This document shows positions 1 through 10,073 of a DNA stretch of 64,000 nucleotides, in pieces (within the stretch, counting starts at the first letter, position 1; each line of letters starts with the position of its first letter). The DNA comes from an uncultured delta proteobacterium (lineage in GTDB: Bacteria; Myxococcota; Myxococcia; Myxococcales; Anaeromyxobacteraceae): assembly GCA_963828255.1 (NCBI GenBank), contig CAWHDZ010000018.1, positions 32,001 through 96,000 on the forward strand. Reading direction: 5' to 3'. The notes under the pieces were generated by a model. The model was not told where the DNA came from. It saw nothing but the letters and a program-made list of their open reading frames with translations, and did no database searches. The position numbers and the translations under genes are program-made.

Positions 1-720
1 GTCGGGCACGAGAACATCCGTCCCAAGTCGGTGGCCCGGGAGATGGTCGAGCGGGCCATGTCCTTCAACGACTACGTCCGGGAGTACGAGTTGCAGCGCA
101 GCGAGGGGGTGCTGCTCCGCTACCTCTCCGAGGCCTACAAGACGCTGGTGCAGAGCGTGCCCGAGACCTACCGCGACGAGGCCATGGAGGACGTGGTGGC
201 CTTCCTGCGGACCACGGTGCGCGGCGTGGACTCGAGCCTGGTGGACGAGTGGGAGCGGATGCGCGCGGGCCAGGCCCCGGGCCTTCCCTCCGCTTCGGTG
301 GGTCCGGGGACCGCCCCGGCGGCGCCCTCCTTCGCCCTCGACCCGGCCACCAATCCCCGCGGCTTCACCGCCCGCGTCCGGGCCGAGTTGCACCGGCTGC
401 TCGGCGCCCTGTCGCGCCGGTCCTACGAGGAGGCGGCCACGCTCGTCCGGCAGCGCGCTGGCGACGAGTGGACGCCGCGGCGTCTCGAGGAGGCCATGGC
501 GCCCTACTGGACCGAGCACTCCCACGTGGACGTGACGCCCCGGGCCCGGCGCCCCGACAACACCTTCCTCACCGAGGCCGCCCCGCGTCACTGGAGCGCG
601 GTGCAGCGCATCGTGGACGAGGCGGGCGAGGTGGACTGGATGGTCGCGTGCGCGGTCGATCTGGAGACGCACCCCGACCCGGACGAGCCGCTCGTCGAGC
701 TGGTCCGGATCTCGATCTGA
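1..720 (+). CDS. C-terminal part of DEAD/DEAH-box helicase with DUF3516-type C-terminus (5' truncated by window)
   Basis: Frame open from base 1 (VGHENIRPKSVAREM...); motifs SEGVLLRYLSEAYKTL and VRGVDSSLVDEWE are typical of DUF3516 helicases. Confidence 0.8.
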   Translation, partial: VGHENIRPKSVAREMVERAMSFNDYVREYELQRSEGVLLRYLSEAYKTLVQSVPETYRDEAMEDVVAFLRTTVRGVDSSLVDEWERMRAGQAPGLPSASVGPGTAPAAPSFALDPATNPRGFTARVRAELHRLLGALSRRSYEEAATLVRQRAGDEWTPRRLEEAMAPYWTEHSHVDVTPRARRPDNTFLTEAAPRHWSAVQRIVDEAGEVDWMVACAVDLETHPDPDEPLVELVRISI

Positions 721-738
721 TCGGGGGCGGACGGCCGG

Positions 739-1638
739 CTACGCGAAGTAGAGCGCCAGCCCGGCGATGCCCACGAGCCCGACGGCGAGCGCGAGCAGGT
801 AGAGCAGCGCCGCCGCCATGGCCTTGGGTGTGGTCCACCTCCAGCGCTGCCCGTAAACGCGCCGCAGGGCCAGCAGGAAGTACACGGGCAGCCAGAGCGC
901 GAGGACCGGACCGGCCACGGTGCGCGGCCCCTGCCAGGGGAGGAGCCGCAGCAGGAGCAGGATGGTGAAGAGCGTGAAGGCGAAGGCGTGCAGGTGCAGG
1001 GAGAGCACCACGTGCTCGGAGAGCCAGCGCCGCCGCCAGAGCAGCGCCAGGATGAGCACCGCCGCCGGGACGAGGAAGAACATCACCCGCGGCACCCAGT
1101 CCTGGAAGGCCGCGTTGACGCGGGAGAAGAACTCCTTCCGGGGCATCCTCTCGAAGGCCTGCCAGCGGTCGTCGATGGTGCGGCCCAGCCAGCCCTGGGT
1201 CCGGAGCTCCTGGTGCTGCTCCTCGGTGCCGGCCGGGACGTGGGGCGCGTCCTTGCCGTCCTGGGGCTGCGCGAACGTGGGCTCGTCCGGCGTGACGTCG
1301 AAGCGGATGGGGTTGCCGTCCCCGGCGAGCCCGCTGACGAGGAAGAAGGCGAAGCTTGCGAGCAGGTAGAGCCGGAGCGGGGAGCTGAAGCGGGCGCGAC
1401 GGCCGCTGGTCCACTCCACCGTGAGAAAACCCGGACGGAAGAGGAACGGAATGACCGTGCGTCCCACCCGCGAGTCGAGCGAGAGGCCGTCCTCGACGGC
1501 GTCGAGCGCCAGGTCGCGGGCCGGGATGCGCATGTCCATGTTGCGCTGGCCGCAGTCCGCGCAGAAGGCCTCCACCATCCTCGACCCGCAGTTCAGGCAG
1601 GCCGCCGGCCGCGGCCTCGTGTCACGGGCGGAACGCAC
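739..1638 (-). CDS. DUF3667-domain membrane protein
   Basis: N-terminal CLNCG...FCADCGQ zinc ribbon, RPGFLT..W..GRRARF..PLRLYL motif, several TM helices; GTG at 1638 preceded by GAGGAGG. Confidence 0.8.
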   Translation of the reverse strand: MRSARDTRPRPAACLNCGSRMVEAFCADCGQRNMDMRIPARDLALDAVEDGLSLDSRVGRTVIPFLFRPGFLTVEWTSGRRARFSSPLRLYLLASFAFFLVSGLAGDGNPIRFDVTPDEPTFAQPQDGKDAPHVPAGTEEQHQELRTQGWLGRTIDDRWQAFERMPRKEFFSRVNAAFQDWVPRVMFFLVPAAVLILALLWRRRWLSEHVVLSLHLHAFAFTLFTILLLLRLLPWQGPRTVAGPVLALWLPVYFLLALRRVYGQRWRWTTPKAMAAALLYLLALAVGLVGIAGLALYFA

Positions 1639-1795
1639 CGGTGGGGGCCTCCTCGAGGAGCATGGCAGCCAGCGGGATGGCGAGGAGGGAGAACGGGGCC
1701 AGGATCCGGTTATAACCCCCGCGATTCCTCGATTTGCACTGCATTCGCCGAAGGGGGTTCTTGACACCCACCCTGACGGGGTCCATTGGTAACCC

Positions 1796-2164
1796 ATGTT
1801 CTCCGCACAGCAGCCCACACAGGGTAAGCGCTGGCCTCGTGGCCAGCGATTCACCCTCTCGGCGCCCGGCGTCGAGGCCGAGGCGGCCTACCGGGCGGCG
1901 GTCATGGACGTCCGCTCGCTGGGGCGCGACGCGCTCGCCCAGGCCGAGAGGCGCTGGGCCGAGTCGCTCGGGCTCTCGCCGGCGGACGGCATCGTGATGG
2001 CCGAGATCCGGCCGGGTCGCCGATCTCTGGCCGACCTGGCCCGGTCCCTCGAGGCCTGCGGGACGCCGGCGGCGCAGATCCGGGAATCGGTGGACCGCCT
2101 GGTGGAGAAGGGGCTCGTCGAGCCCCTGCCGTTGCCCGGCGCCGTGACGCCGCCGGCCGCGTAG
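1796..2164 (+). CDS. Small hypothetical protein with C-terminal winged-helix (MarR-like) segment
   Basis: GC3-rich ORF; LADLARSL...IRESVDRLVEKGLVE resembles a wHTH recognition helix and wing; TTGACA at 1761-1766 upstream. Confidence 0.55.
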   Translation: MFSAQQPTQGKRWPRGQRFTLSAPGVEAEAAYRAAVMDVRSLGRDALAQAERRWAESLGLSPADGIVMAEIRPGRRSLADLARSLEACGTPAAQIRESVDRLVEKGLVEPLPLPGAVTPPAA

Positions 2165-2265
2165 GGCTGGGCCGCGGCCCGCCGCCTCGAGACAATGGCA
2201 AGGTAGTTCTGTTTCACCCGGACGAAACACGACATCCGTGTCGCAGTGACAAGGTCGCGCCCCTC

Positions 2266-2382
2266 CTGGACCTTGCCGACGACGAACGGGCCAGACTTCA
2301 TGCGTCACCCCGGCAAGCCGAGGATGAGATCGCTGCAGGCAAGTCCGTCGCCGCGGAGGATCTCGTTCGAGAGCTCCGGGCG
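2266..2382 (+). pseudogene. Start-less remnant of a small antitoxin-like protein
   Basis: Frame +1 reads LDLADDERARLHASPRQAEDEIAAGKSVAAEDLVRELRA, like addiction-module antitoxin C-termini; no in-frame start nearby. Confidence 0.35.
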
Positions 2383-2389
2383 CCATGGT

Positions 2390-2761
2390 TCACTCCGCGT
2401 GACGCCTCCCGGCCTTCCGCTCCGAGGTGTGGCGCTTCTCGGAGAGCCTGCGCTCCCGCGACCCCCGCGTGGGCTTCGTGGCCACCCGCCGCTTCGGCAC
2501 GTGGGAAAGCGCCTGCAGCCGCTCCCGCAGGCGGGTGAGCGCGGCCGAGCGGTTCTGGGCCTGGCTGCGCCGCTCGGTGGCCGTGACGGTGACGCCGGTG
2601 GGCCGGTGAACCAGGCGCACGCCGCTCTCGGTCTTGTTGCGGTGCTGCCCCCCGGGGCCCGAGGCGATGAAGAACTCCTCGTCGCACTCGGCCGAGAGGG
2701 CCTCGGCCGGGAGCGAGAGGGAGCGCCGCGCGGCGGCGCGGAGGGCGGGGGAGATCTCCAC
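2390..2761 (-). CDS. arfB: Peptidyl-tRNA hydrolase / alternative ribosome rescue factor ArfB-like protein
   Basis: [16 protein letters not shown] motif, RSQAQNR motif and basic C-terminal tail; 123 aa. Confidence 0.8.
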   Translation of the reverse strand: MEISPALRAAARRSLSLPAEALSAECDEEFFIASGPGGQHRNKTESGVRLVHRPTGVTVTATERRSQAQNRSAALTRLRERLQALSHVPKRRVATKPTRGSRERRLSEKRHTSERKAGRRHAE

Positions 2762-2765
2762 GGGG

Positions 2766-3476
2766 TCAGCCTGGCTGGTTGGGGTGGTCGGAGACGATGC
2801 GTCCGTCCACCAGCTCGATGATCCGGTCGGTGCGCGCGGCGAGCCTGTGGTCGTGGGTGACCACGAGGAAGGTCACCTTCTGGACCCGGTTCACCTCGCG
2901 CAGCAGCGAGAAGACCTCGTCGGCCGTCTGGGTGTCGAGGTTCCCGGTGGGCTCGTCGGCGAGCACGATCTTCGGATTCATGGCCAGCGAGCGTGCGATG
3001 GCCACCCGCTGCGCCTGTCCGCCGGACAAGGTGGTGGCGCGTGCGTCGGCGCGGGGCGAGAGCCCCACCCGCTCGAGCAGCGCCATCCCGCACTCCCGCA
3101 TCGAGGGCTCCAGGCGGCCCCTGTCCGCCGCCATGGGGATCATCACGTTCTCGAGGGCCGTGAACTCGGGCAGGAGGTGGTGGAACTGGAAGACGAAGCC
3201 GAGGGTGCGCCCCCGGTACCGGGTGAGCGCGTCGTCGTCGAGCGTTCCGGTGTCCTGGCCGTCGAGGAGGATGCGCCCGCCGGTCGGCTTGTCGAGCAGC
3301 CCCATGATGTGGAGGAGCGTGCTCTTCCCGGATCCGGACGGGCCCATGAGCGCGGCGAACTCGCCGCGGCGCAGGGAGAGGTCCACCCCCCGCAGGACGC
3401 GGGTGAGGGCCTCGCCCTCCCCGAAATCGCGGGTGATCCCCTCGAGCCGGAGGACGTCGGCGCCCGCTTCACCCAT
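2766..3476 (-). CDS. ABC transporter ATP-binding protein (LolD/MacB-type)
   Basis: Walker [15 protein letters not shown] signature, [14 protein letters not shown]. Confidence 0.95.
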   Translation of the reverse strand: MGEAGADVLRLEGITRDFGEGEALTRVLRGVDLSLRRGEFAALMGPSGSGKSTLLHIMGLLDKPTGGRILLDGQDTGTLDDDALTRYRGRTLGFVFQFHHLLPEFTALENVMIPMAADRGRLEPSMRECGMALLERVGLSPRADARATTLSGGQAQRVAIARSLAMNPKIVLADEPTGNLDTQTADEVFSLLREVNRVQKVTFLVVTHDHRLAARTDRIIELVDGRIVSDHPNQPG

Positions 3477-4680
3477 AGCGGATCACCTCGGCCGGCTCGA
3501 GCCGGGCCGCGCGCCGGGCCGGGAACCAGGCGGCCAGCGTCCCGGTGAGGATGGCGACCGCCGCGGCGCCGAGGTAGAGCCCGGGCGTCAGGTCCACAGG
3601 GAAGAGCGGGTCGCCGGTGGGCGCGCGCGCCAGCCCGGCGAAGGCCACCGCCATCCCGGAGCCGATCAGGCCGCCCAGCACCGATCCGGCTCCCCCCACG
3701 AGCGCCCCCTCGAGCAGGAAGATGCGCTGGATCGTCCCGGTGGAAGTCCCGGTCGCCTTGAGGATGCCGATCTCGCGCGACTTCTGGATGACCGACACGC
3801 CCAGGACGCTGGCGATCCCCAGCGCCACCGCCAGCACCACCAGAACCTGGATCATCCAGCTGGAGGCCGACTGGGAGCGCAGGCCGACGAGCAGCTGTCG
3901 ATTCAGCTCCATCCAGCTGTCGGCGGAGAGGCCGTAGCGCCGCGCGATCTCGCGGGCCATCCGCTCGGCCTCGAAGATCTCGTCCACCTTCACCTCGATG
4001 GTGGTGGCGCCTCCGGGGATGTCGAGCATGGTCTGGGCGGAGCGCAGCGGGACGAAGACCCAGCGCGCGTTCACCTCCTTGTTGCCCAGGTCGAACACGC
4101 CCGAGACCGTGAAGACGTCGCCGCGCCCCTCGGGCGTGGCGAGGCGTACCTTGTCCCCGACGCCGACGCCCAGGTCCGAGGCGAGCACCGTCCCGATGAT
4201 CACCTCGGCCCCCTCGAGCGCGAAGCGCCCGGATCTCATCTTGGGGACGACCTCGATGACCCGGGCGAAGCTCTCCGGGTCGATTCCACGCAGGGTCACC
4301 GACTTGGTGGCCGGGCCCCGGCTCGCGAAGGCCGCACCGGCCGCGGTGGGGGTGGCGGCGACCACGCCGGGCATGGTCCCGATCGACGCCAGCACCTGCT
4401 GCCACTGCTCGATGGAGCGGACCCGGTCGGGCACCTTCTCGACGCGGTCGGCGACACGGTCTGGGGACGGGAGGGGACGGGCCACGCGCTCGGGGGCCTT
4501 CACGAAGACGTGGGCCTGCGCCGAGAGGGTCTGGGCCACCAGCGTGCGCTGCAGCCCGCTGATGAGCGCGGTGAGGAAGATGAGCACGGCCACGCCCACG
4601 GTGGTCCCGCCCAGCACCAGCGCCGTCTGGGCCTTCCCCTCGCGGAGGTACCGGATGGCGATGAACCACTCGAAGCGCAT
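3469..4680 (-). CDS. ABC transporter permease (FtsX/LolC/MacB family)
   Basis: N-terminal TM, large periplasmic loop, REIGILKATG motif, C-terminal FPARRAARLEPAEVIR. Confidence 0.92.
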   Translation of the reverse strand: MRFEWFIAIRYLREGKAQTALVLGGTTVGVAVLIFLTALISGLQRTLVAQTLSAQAHVFVKAPERVARPLPSPDRVADRVEKVPDRVRSIEQWQQVLASIGTMPGVVAATPTAAGAAFASRGPATKSVTLRGIDPESFARVIEVVPKMRSGRFALEGAEVIIGTVLASDLGVGVGDKVRLATPEGRGDVFTVSGVFDLGNKEVNARWVFVPLRSAQTMLDIPGGATTIEVKVDEIFEAERMAREIARRYGLSADSWMELNRQLLVGLRSQSASSWMIQVLVVLAVALGIASVLGVSVIQKSREIGILKATGTSTGTIQRIFLLEGALVGGAGSVLGGLIGSGMAVAFAGLARAPTGDPLFPVDLTPGLYLGAAAVAILTGTLAAWFPARRAARLEPAEVIRYG

Positions 4681-4689
4681 GGTGGGCGC

Positions 4690-5898
4690 CTAGCGAGCCG
4701 GCTCGGTGCGCACCCGGCGCCCCGGCCCCACCTGCGCCGCGGCCGCCACCACCGCATCACCCGCCGAGAGGCCGGAGAGCACCTGGACGGTGCCGTCGCC
4801 GCGCATGCCGAGCTTCACCGGCTGGCGGACCGTCCGTCCGTCCCGGACCACGAGCACCCAGGGGTCGGCGCCCGGGTCCCGGATCGCCCCGGCCGGGAGG
4901 AGCAGGGCCTGGGGATCGCGCCCGGTCTCCACGTTCACCGAGACCGTCATGTCGGGGCGGAGGAACGGGGGTGGATCCTCCACGTCGAGCTTCACCTCCA
5001 CCGTCCCCCGCGCCAGGTCCACCGCCGGGGCGATGTAGCCCACCCGCGCGGGGAATGTCCGGTCGGGGAAGGCGTCGGCCGAGGCGGTCGCGCCCTGGCC
5101 GAGCCGGAGCAGCGCCAGGTTCTTCTCGTCGGGCAGCACGGAGAGCTGGGTCGCGCCGTCGCGGGCCACGACCAGGAGTCCGCGACCCGGCTGCACGACG
5201 TCCCCCGGCTCGACGTCGCGCTCGGTGACCACGCCCGCGGCCGGTGAGCGGATCGCCAGGTTGTCGAGCCTGGCCGCGGCCGCCTGCTCGGAACCGCGGG
5301 CCTGCTGGAGCGCCGCCTGCGCCAGGTGACGGTCGGCGCCGGTGGCCGCCGCTCCGGCCTGGATGCGCGCCGAGGCGAGCTGGCTGGCGGCCAGGTCGCG
5401 GACTTGCTGGGCGTCGTCGAGATCGGACCGGCTCACCGACCCCGCCTCGGCGAGCGTCCGGTTGCGGGTGAGCTTCACCTCCGCCTGGGCGAGACGGAGC
5501 TCGGCCTGCCGGACCGCCTCGGAGGTGACCTGGACCGACACCACGTCCACCTGCTCGAGCCTGGCGACGGCCTGCGCGACGGCCGAGCGGGCCTGGGCGA
5601 GCGCCGCCCTGGCCTCGACGTCGTCGAGCTGGACGAGGAGGTCGCCGGGCTTCACCCGGCCCCCCTTGTCCACGGGGACCGCGGTCACCCGCCCCACCAC
5701 GACGCTCCCCACCTGGATCCGGGCCGGGGCAAGCACCCTCCCGCTCGCCACCACGCGCTGGACCAGCTCGCGCTGCTCGACCACCCATACGGGGACCTTC
5801 GGGCCGAGCCATGCGCGCAGCAGGAGCGCCGCGAGAAGGATGGCCACCGCCCCGCCGAGGATGCGAAAGCGCCAGCGACGAGCCGTGGGAGACGCCAT
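4690..5898 (-). CDS. Efflux periplasmic adaptor subunit (MacA/HlyD-like)
   Basis: N-terminal TM anchor, lipoyl half-motifs (GRVTAVPVDKGGRVKPGDLL; IRSPAAGVV) flanking a coiled coil. Confidence 0.9.
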   Translation of the reverse strand: MASPTARRWRFRILGGAVAILLAALLLRAWLGPKVPVWVVEQRELVQRVVASGRVLAPARIQVGSVVVGRVTAVPVDKGGRVKPGDLLVQLDDVEARAALAQARSAVAQAVARLEQVDVVSVQVTSEAVRQAELRLAQAEVKLTRNRTLAEAGSVSRSDLDDAQQVRDLAASQLASARIQAGAAATGADRHLAQAALQQARGSEQAAAARLDNLAIRSPAAGVVTERDVEPGDVVQPGRGLLVVARDGATQLSVLPDEKNLALLRLGQGATASADAFPDRTFPARVGYIAPAVDLARGTVEVKLDVEDPPPFLRPDMTVSVNVETGRDPQALLLPAGAIRDPGADPWVLVVRDGRTVRQPVKLGMRGDGTVQVLSGLSAGDAVVAAAAQVGPGRRVRTEPAR

Positions 5899-5904
5899 TT
5901 ACGC

Positions 5905-5918
5905 GGGAGTATACTTCC
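5905..5918. promoter_or_regulatory. Near-palindromic bidirectional -10 element (GGGAGTATACTTCC)
   Basis: TATACT on both strands within the 34-bp spacer between divergent starts at 5898 and 5933. Confidence 0.5.
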
Positions 5919-5932
5919 AACCCGAGGTGCGC

Positions 5933-7102
5933 ATGGATTCGACGATGTGGGCGCTGGTCTACGATCGGAAGAAGGACCCCTGGAGCACGACCCGGGGTCT
6001 CCGCAAGGAGCAGGTGGTCCGGCCCAGCCTGGACGTCGGCAGGGACTACCGGGACGCCGGCATGGTCATCGTGAAGCCGCGCTTCGCCGGGTTCTGCGGC
6101 TCCGACCGCGGCATCTGGTTCCGCCGCGCCTTCGGCGAGATGATCCAGTCCACGCTCGCGGCCGAGGGGAAGGACGCGCGGGTCATCGGCCACGAGCTCC
6201 TCGGCGAGGTGGCCGAGGCCGGCCCGGAGGCGACCCGCGACTTCGGGCTGCGCCCCGGGGACGTCGTGTCCACCGAGAGTCACATCATCTGCAACACCTG
6301 CTACCAGTGCCGCATCGGCGACAACCACGTCTGCGCCACCGACCGCATCATCGGCATCAGCGTGGACGGCTGCTTCGCCGAGTACGTGAAGCTGCCGGCC
6401 CAGGCGCTCTGGCCCACCGACGTGTCCAAGATCCGGCCGGAGGTGGCGGCCCTCCAGGAGCCCTTCGGCAACGCCGTGCACGCCTGCACCAAGGTGAACC
6501 TGCGCGGCAAGTCGGTGGCCATCATCGGCTGCGGCACCATCGGCCTCTTCGCCATCGCCGTGGCCCGGGCGCTGGGCGCCCGGCAGGTGATCGGCGTCGA
6601 GCCCATGCGGACACACATCGAGATGGCCCGGAAGCTGGGCGCCGACGCGGTGGTCGAGCCCACGAAGACCACCGAGACCTCCTACGTCCACGACGAGGGG
6701 ATCACCCGGGCCATCCACGACCTCACCGGCGGCGTGGGCGTGGACGTGGCGCTGGAGATGTCCGGCTCCAACGCGGCGCTCAACACCGCCATCTCGGCGG
6801 TCCGGCGCGGTGGCCACGTCATCCTCTTCGGCCTGAAGAGCGGCGAGGCGGTCATCGAGAGCCTGGAGCGGGTCATCGTGGACGGCATCAGCCTCCACGC
6901 GGTGGTGGGGCGCCGGATCTTCGAGACCTGGCACATCACCCGGAACCTCCTCGAGTCCACCGCGCCCAACATCCAGGAGCAGGTCTGGAAGGTCATCCTG
7001 CAATCGGGCAAGGACACCGTCGTCCCCTTCTCGACCTGGGAACCGGTCTCCTTCGAGGAGAAGATCAAGGCCCACCCCAAGGTGCTCATCCAGTTTCCCT
7101 GA
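5933..7102 (+). CDS. tdh: L-threonine 3-dehydrogenase (Zn-dependent MDR family)
   Basis: CGSD, GHE, CNTCYQC...C structural Zn motif, EPFGNAVH, GRRIFETW; adjacent to kbl. Confidence 0.88.
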   Translation: MDSTMWALVYDRKKDPWSTTRGLRKEQVVRPSLDVGRDYRDAGMVIVKPRFAGFCGSDRGIWFRRAFGEMIQSTLAAEGKDARVIGHELLGEVAEAGPEATRDFGLRPGDVVSTESHIICNTCYQCRIGDNHVCATDRIIGISVDGCFAEYVKLPAQALWPTDVSKIRPEVAALQEPFGNAVHACTKVNLRGKSVAIIGCGTIGLFAIAVARALGARQVIGVEPMRTHIEMARKLGADAVVEPTKTTETSYVHDEGITRAIHDLTGGVGVDVALEMSGSNAALNTAISAVRRGGHVILFGLKSGEAVIESLERVIVDGISLHAVVGRRIFETWHITRNLLESTAPNIQEQVWKVILQSGKDTVVPFSTWEPVSFEEKIKAHPKVLIQFP

Positions 7103-7117
7103 TCGGCAGGAGGCCCC

Positions 7118-8302
7118 GTGTACGAGCACGCCCGCGACGTCTTCGCCGCCACCCTCGACGAGATCCGCTCCGCCGGGACCTGGAAGGAGGAGCGGGTCAT
7201 CCAGTCCCCCCAGGGGGCCGAGATCGAGGTGGGCGGCCGCCGGGTGCTGAACTTCTGCGCCAACAACTACCTGGGGCTCTCCGGCGACCCGCGGCTCCTG
7301 GCCGCCGCCCGCGCCGCCCTCGACTCCCGCGGCTACGGCCTCTCGTCGGTACGCTTCATCTGCGGCACCCAGGACCTTCACCGGGAGCTGGAGCGGCGCC
7401 TCTCGGCCTTCTTCGGCTTCGAGGACGCCATCCTCTTCTCCTCCTGCTTCGACGCCAACGGCGGGGTCTTCGAGGCGCTGCTCGGCGAGCAGGACGCCAT
7501 CGTCTCCGACTCCCTCAACCACGCCTCGATCATCGACGGCATCCGGCTCGCCAGGGCCCGCCGCTACCGCTACGCCCACGCCGACCTGGCCGATCTGGAA
7601 TCGAAGCTCGGCGAGGCCGCCGACGCCCGCATCCGGCTCGTGGTCACGGACGGCGTCTTCTCGATGGACGGCGACCTGGCCCGGCTCGACGAGATCTGCG
7701 CCATCGCCGAGCGGCACCGCGCCATGGTGCTCGTGGACGACAGCCACGCCTCCGGGTTCGTGGGGGCCACCGGGCGGGGCACGGCCGAGCACTTCGGCGT
7801 CCGGGGACGGGTGGACATCCTCACCTCCACCCTGGGCAAGGCGCTGGGCGGCGCCGCCGGGGGATTCGTGGCCGGGCCCCGGGCGGTGGTGGACCTGCTG
7901 CGCCAGCGGGCCCGCCCCTACCTCTTCTCCAACACGCTGGCGCCGCCCATCGTGGGGGCGAGCCTGGCGGCGCTCGACCTGCTCGAGGGCTCGACGGCGC
8001 TCCGCGACCGGCTCATGGAGAACGCGCGGCGCTTCCGGGAGGGGATGACCGCGGCCGGCTTCCGGCTCAAGCCCGGCTTCCACCCCATCGCGCCCATCAT
8101 GCTGGGCGACGCGCGGCTCGCGGTGGACCTGGCGCGCGACCTGCTCGAGGAGGGGATCTACGTCGTCGGGTTCAGCTTCCCGGTGGTGCCGAAGGGTGAG
8201 GCCCGCATCCGCGTGCAGCTCTCCGCGGCCCACACGCCGGAGATGGTGGACCGGGCGGTGGAGGCCTTCGTGAAGGCGGGACGCAGGCGTGGCGTGATCT
8301 AG
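7118..8302 (+). CDS. kbl: 2-amino-3-ketobutyrate CoA ligase (glycine C-acetyltransferase)
   Basis: [41 protein letters not shown] (PLP lysine), [11 protein letters not shown]. Confidence 0.97.
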   Translation: MYEHARDVFAATLDEIRSAGTWKEERVIQSPQGAEIEVGGRRVLNFCANNYLGLSGDPRLLAAARAALDSRGYGLSSVRFICGTQDLHRELERRLSAFFGFEDAILFSSCFDANGGVFEALLGEQDAIVSDSLNHASIIDGIRLARARRYRYAHADLADLESKLGEAADARIRLVVTDGVFSMDGDLARLDEICAIAERHRAMVLVDDSHASGFVGATGRGTAEHFGVRGRVDILTSTLGKALGGAAGGFVAGPRAVVDLLRQRARPYLFSNTLAPPIVGASLAALDLLEGSTALRDRLMENARRFREGMTAAGFRLKPGFHPIAPIMLGDARLAVDLARDLLEEGIYVVGFSFPVVPKGEARIRVQLSAAHTPEMVDRAVEAFVKAGRRRGVI

Positions 8303-9048
8303 AAGACGAACAGGAGCCCGGCGCTCCATGCCCAGTAGCTGGGGCCGAGCTGCCAGCTCTTCGACGACCCGAAGTCGTTGACGCTCGACCGGGTGAAGTC
8401 GAAGAAGAGCAGGGTCCGGTTGATGCCCACGTCGTAGTCCATCTGGCGCGACAGGCCGGTGTCGAAGAAGTCGAGCACGATTCCGATTCCGAGCGTGGCC
8501 GCCCAGCCGAAGGTGGCGCCCGAGCCTCGGTAGGTGACGCCCTCTGGAGAGGTCCAGGAGGAGACCCCGGACTGGCCGCTGGTGCTCCAGATGTAGTCCA
8601 CGATGGCGAAGCGCGCGTAGGGCTCGAGCGGGACGCTGAACCGCTCGTAGAACCACTCCCAGCGGTAGCCCACCTGGGCCTGGACCGGGATGATCATGAG
8701 GCTCGTGCTCCCGCCGCGGAGCAACGTGCCGTCGGCTCCCTGGTACCAGCCCTGCCCCCAGGCCTCCCAGAAGCCGGCGCCGACCCCGACGTCGAGCGTG
8801 CCGAACTCGGTGATCCAGACCGAGTTGTTGAACTGGGCCTGGACCATGAGCGGCCGCCCTGTCCCGAAGATGGTGGTGTAGGACGGATAGAGGGCGTTGG
8901 TGAACTCGCCGTCGATGTTGGGGCTGAAGGGGGAGAGCGAGACCTGGAACGATCCCCAGCGAGCGGATTCCTTGACGGTGAGGGTCGGGCTCTGGGCCGT
9001 GGCGGGCAGCGCGAGCAGGAGCGCCAGCGCGACGATGGCCGTCTTCAC
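8299..9048 (-). CDS. Outer membrane beta-barrel protein (MXAN_2562-like)
   Basis: Signal peptide [18 protein letters not shown], amphipathic strands, C-terminal Phe (AGLLFVF); overlaps stop of the MYXO-CTERM gene. Confidence 0.75.
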   Translation of the reverse strand: MKTAIVALALLLALPATAQSPTLTVKESARWGSFQVSLSPFSPNIDGEFTNALYPSYTTIFGTGRPLMVQAQFNNSVWITEFGTLDVGVGAGFWEAWGQGWYQGADGTLLRGGSTSLMIIPVQAQVGYRWEWFYERFSVPLEPYARFAIVDYIWSTSGQSGVSSWTSPEGVTYRGSGATFGWAATLGIGIVLDFFDTGLSRQMDYDVGINRTLLFFDFTRSSVNDFGSSKSWQLGPSYWAWSAGLLFVF

Positions 9049-9926
9049 GAGCGCCTCCGTCGGGCGGCGAGGAGACCCAGGAGCGCCAGCGCGGGAGCGA
9101 GGGCACCGGCGCCGCCGGTCCCGCAACCGCCGGCCTCGACCCCGCCATCGGCCTTGTAGACCTCCCAGAAGCTGAGGAACGGGAGCGGCGTGAAGGAGCC
9201 GGTGGCGGCGGTGGTCGCTCCGCCGTTGCCGGCGGAGCTATTGCCGGTGGCGGTGACGGTGTAGGCGACTCCGTTGGTGAGCCCGCCGCAGATGATGTTC
9301 CCGGCAGCTCCGTCCCTCGTGATGGCGGCGCCGCCGGCCGCGGGCGTGCAGGTGACGGTGTAGGTGACGCCCGTGGTGGCCGTCTCGTTGGCGGTGGTGG
9401 TGCCCGGGGTGACGCTCACGGAGAGCTGCGAGTCGCCGGGGCTCACGCCGGTGATGTTCGGCGCAGGCGGGATGGCCAGCTGGAAGTTGAAGGTGCCCTG
9501 GACCACCTGGATCACGCTGGGCACCTGGCCACCCGGCAGGTAGTAGGCGCAGAGGGCGACCTGGACGTCGTTCGCCTGGGTGCAGTCCGCCACGCCGGCC
9601 CCGGTCGCCATGGGCTTCACGAAGACGCCGGAGATGCTCTGGGTCGCGCCGGTGGCGACCTGCTCCAGGATGAATGTCGTGGGGACCGTGGTCCCGCACC
9701 CGGTGGCCGACGCGGTGGCGAGCCTCCACCTGTCCCCCGTGGTGACGGTCACGCCGGTGGCGGCGATGTTCCAGTTCGCGGTGCTCGTCGTGGACTCGCA
9801 CTCGGCCCGGTTGGCCTGGCCGGCGACACCCCGGGTGGACACCGTCGCCGTCACCGTTCCGCCGACTGTCTGGCCGAGGGCGAATCCGGGGAGGAGGAGG
9901 AGGAGAAGCGTGGCTCTGCGAAGCAT
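9045..9926 (-). CDS. FN3-domain MYXO-CTERM-anchored surface protein (MXAN_2561-like)
   Basis: Signal peptide, Thr/Gly-rich, FN3 motif (PPAPNIT..PGDSQLSVS...GLTNGVAYTVTA), C-terminal GGCGTGG-hydrophobic-RRRRS sorting signal. Confidence 0.8.
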   Translation of the reverse strand: MLRRATLLLLLLPGFALGQTVGGTVTATVSTRGVAGQANRAECESTTSTANWNIAATGVTVTTGDRWRLATASATGCGTTVPTTFILEQVATGATQSISGVFVKPMATGAGVADCTQANDVQVALCAYYLPGGQVPSVIQVVQGTFNFQLAIPPAPNITGVSPGDSQLSVSVTPGTTTANETATTGVTYTVTCTPAAGGAAITRDGAAGNIICGGLTNGVAYTVTATGNSSAGNGGATTAATGSFTPLPFLSFWEVYKADGGVEAGGCGTGGAGALAPALALLGLLAARRRRS

Positions 9927-9938
9927 GGGAGCCGATTG

Positions 9939-9954
9939 TGCAAGGGCGGGGCCA
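9939..9954 (-). promoter_or_regulatory. Sigma54 (-24/-12) promoter
   Basis: Minus strand TGGCCCCGCCCTTGCA = GG-N10-GC with TTGCA, ending 12 nt before ATG 9926. Confidence 0.65.
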
Positions 9955-10007
9955 CCCATGCAAGCTCCCGTTGCGATTCGGGGACCCCCCGCGAGAGGAC
10001 CGCCCGG

Positions 10008-10061
10008 GGACTTTTTGGCAATCGGGGGGAACGGCCCGGCTCCAGGGTGCCATTTTGGCAA
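10008..10061. promoter_or_regulatory. Putative enhancer-binding-protein sites (tandem TTTTGGCAA; palindrome TGCCATTTTGGCA)
   Basis: Two copies 40 bp apart, about 80-130 bp upstream of the sigma54 motif's predicted start. Confidence 0.5.
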
Positions 10062-10073
10062 CCCCGGCGAGGC

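Noticed and set aside
4757..9148. 1463-aa minus-strand ORF and many other long ORFs (e.g. 2779-5247, 43738-46695, N-terminal parts of 21519-25265 and 32578-36081)
   Set aside because: Shadow ORFs from high GC content; Arg/Pro/Gly-rich with no motifs, and they overlap well-supported genes
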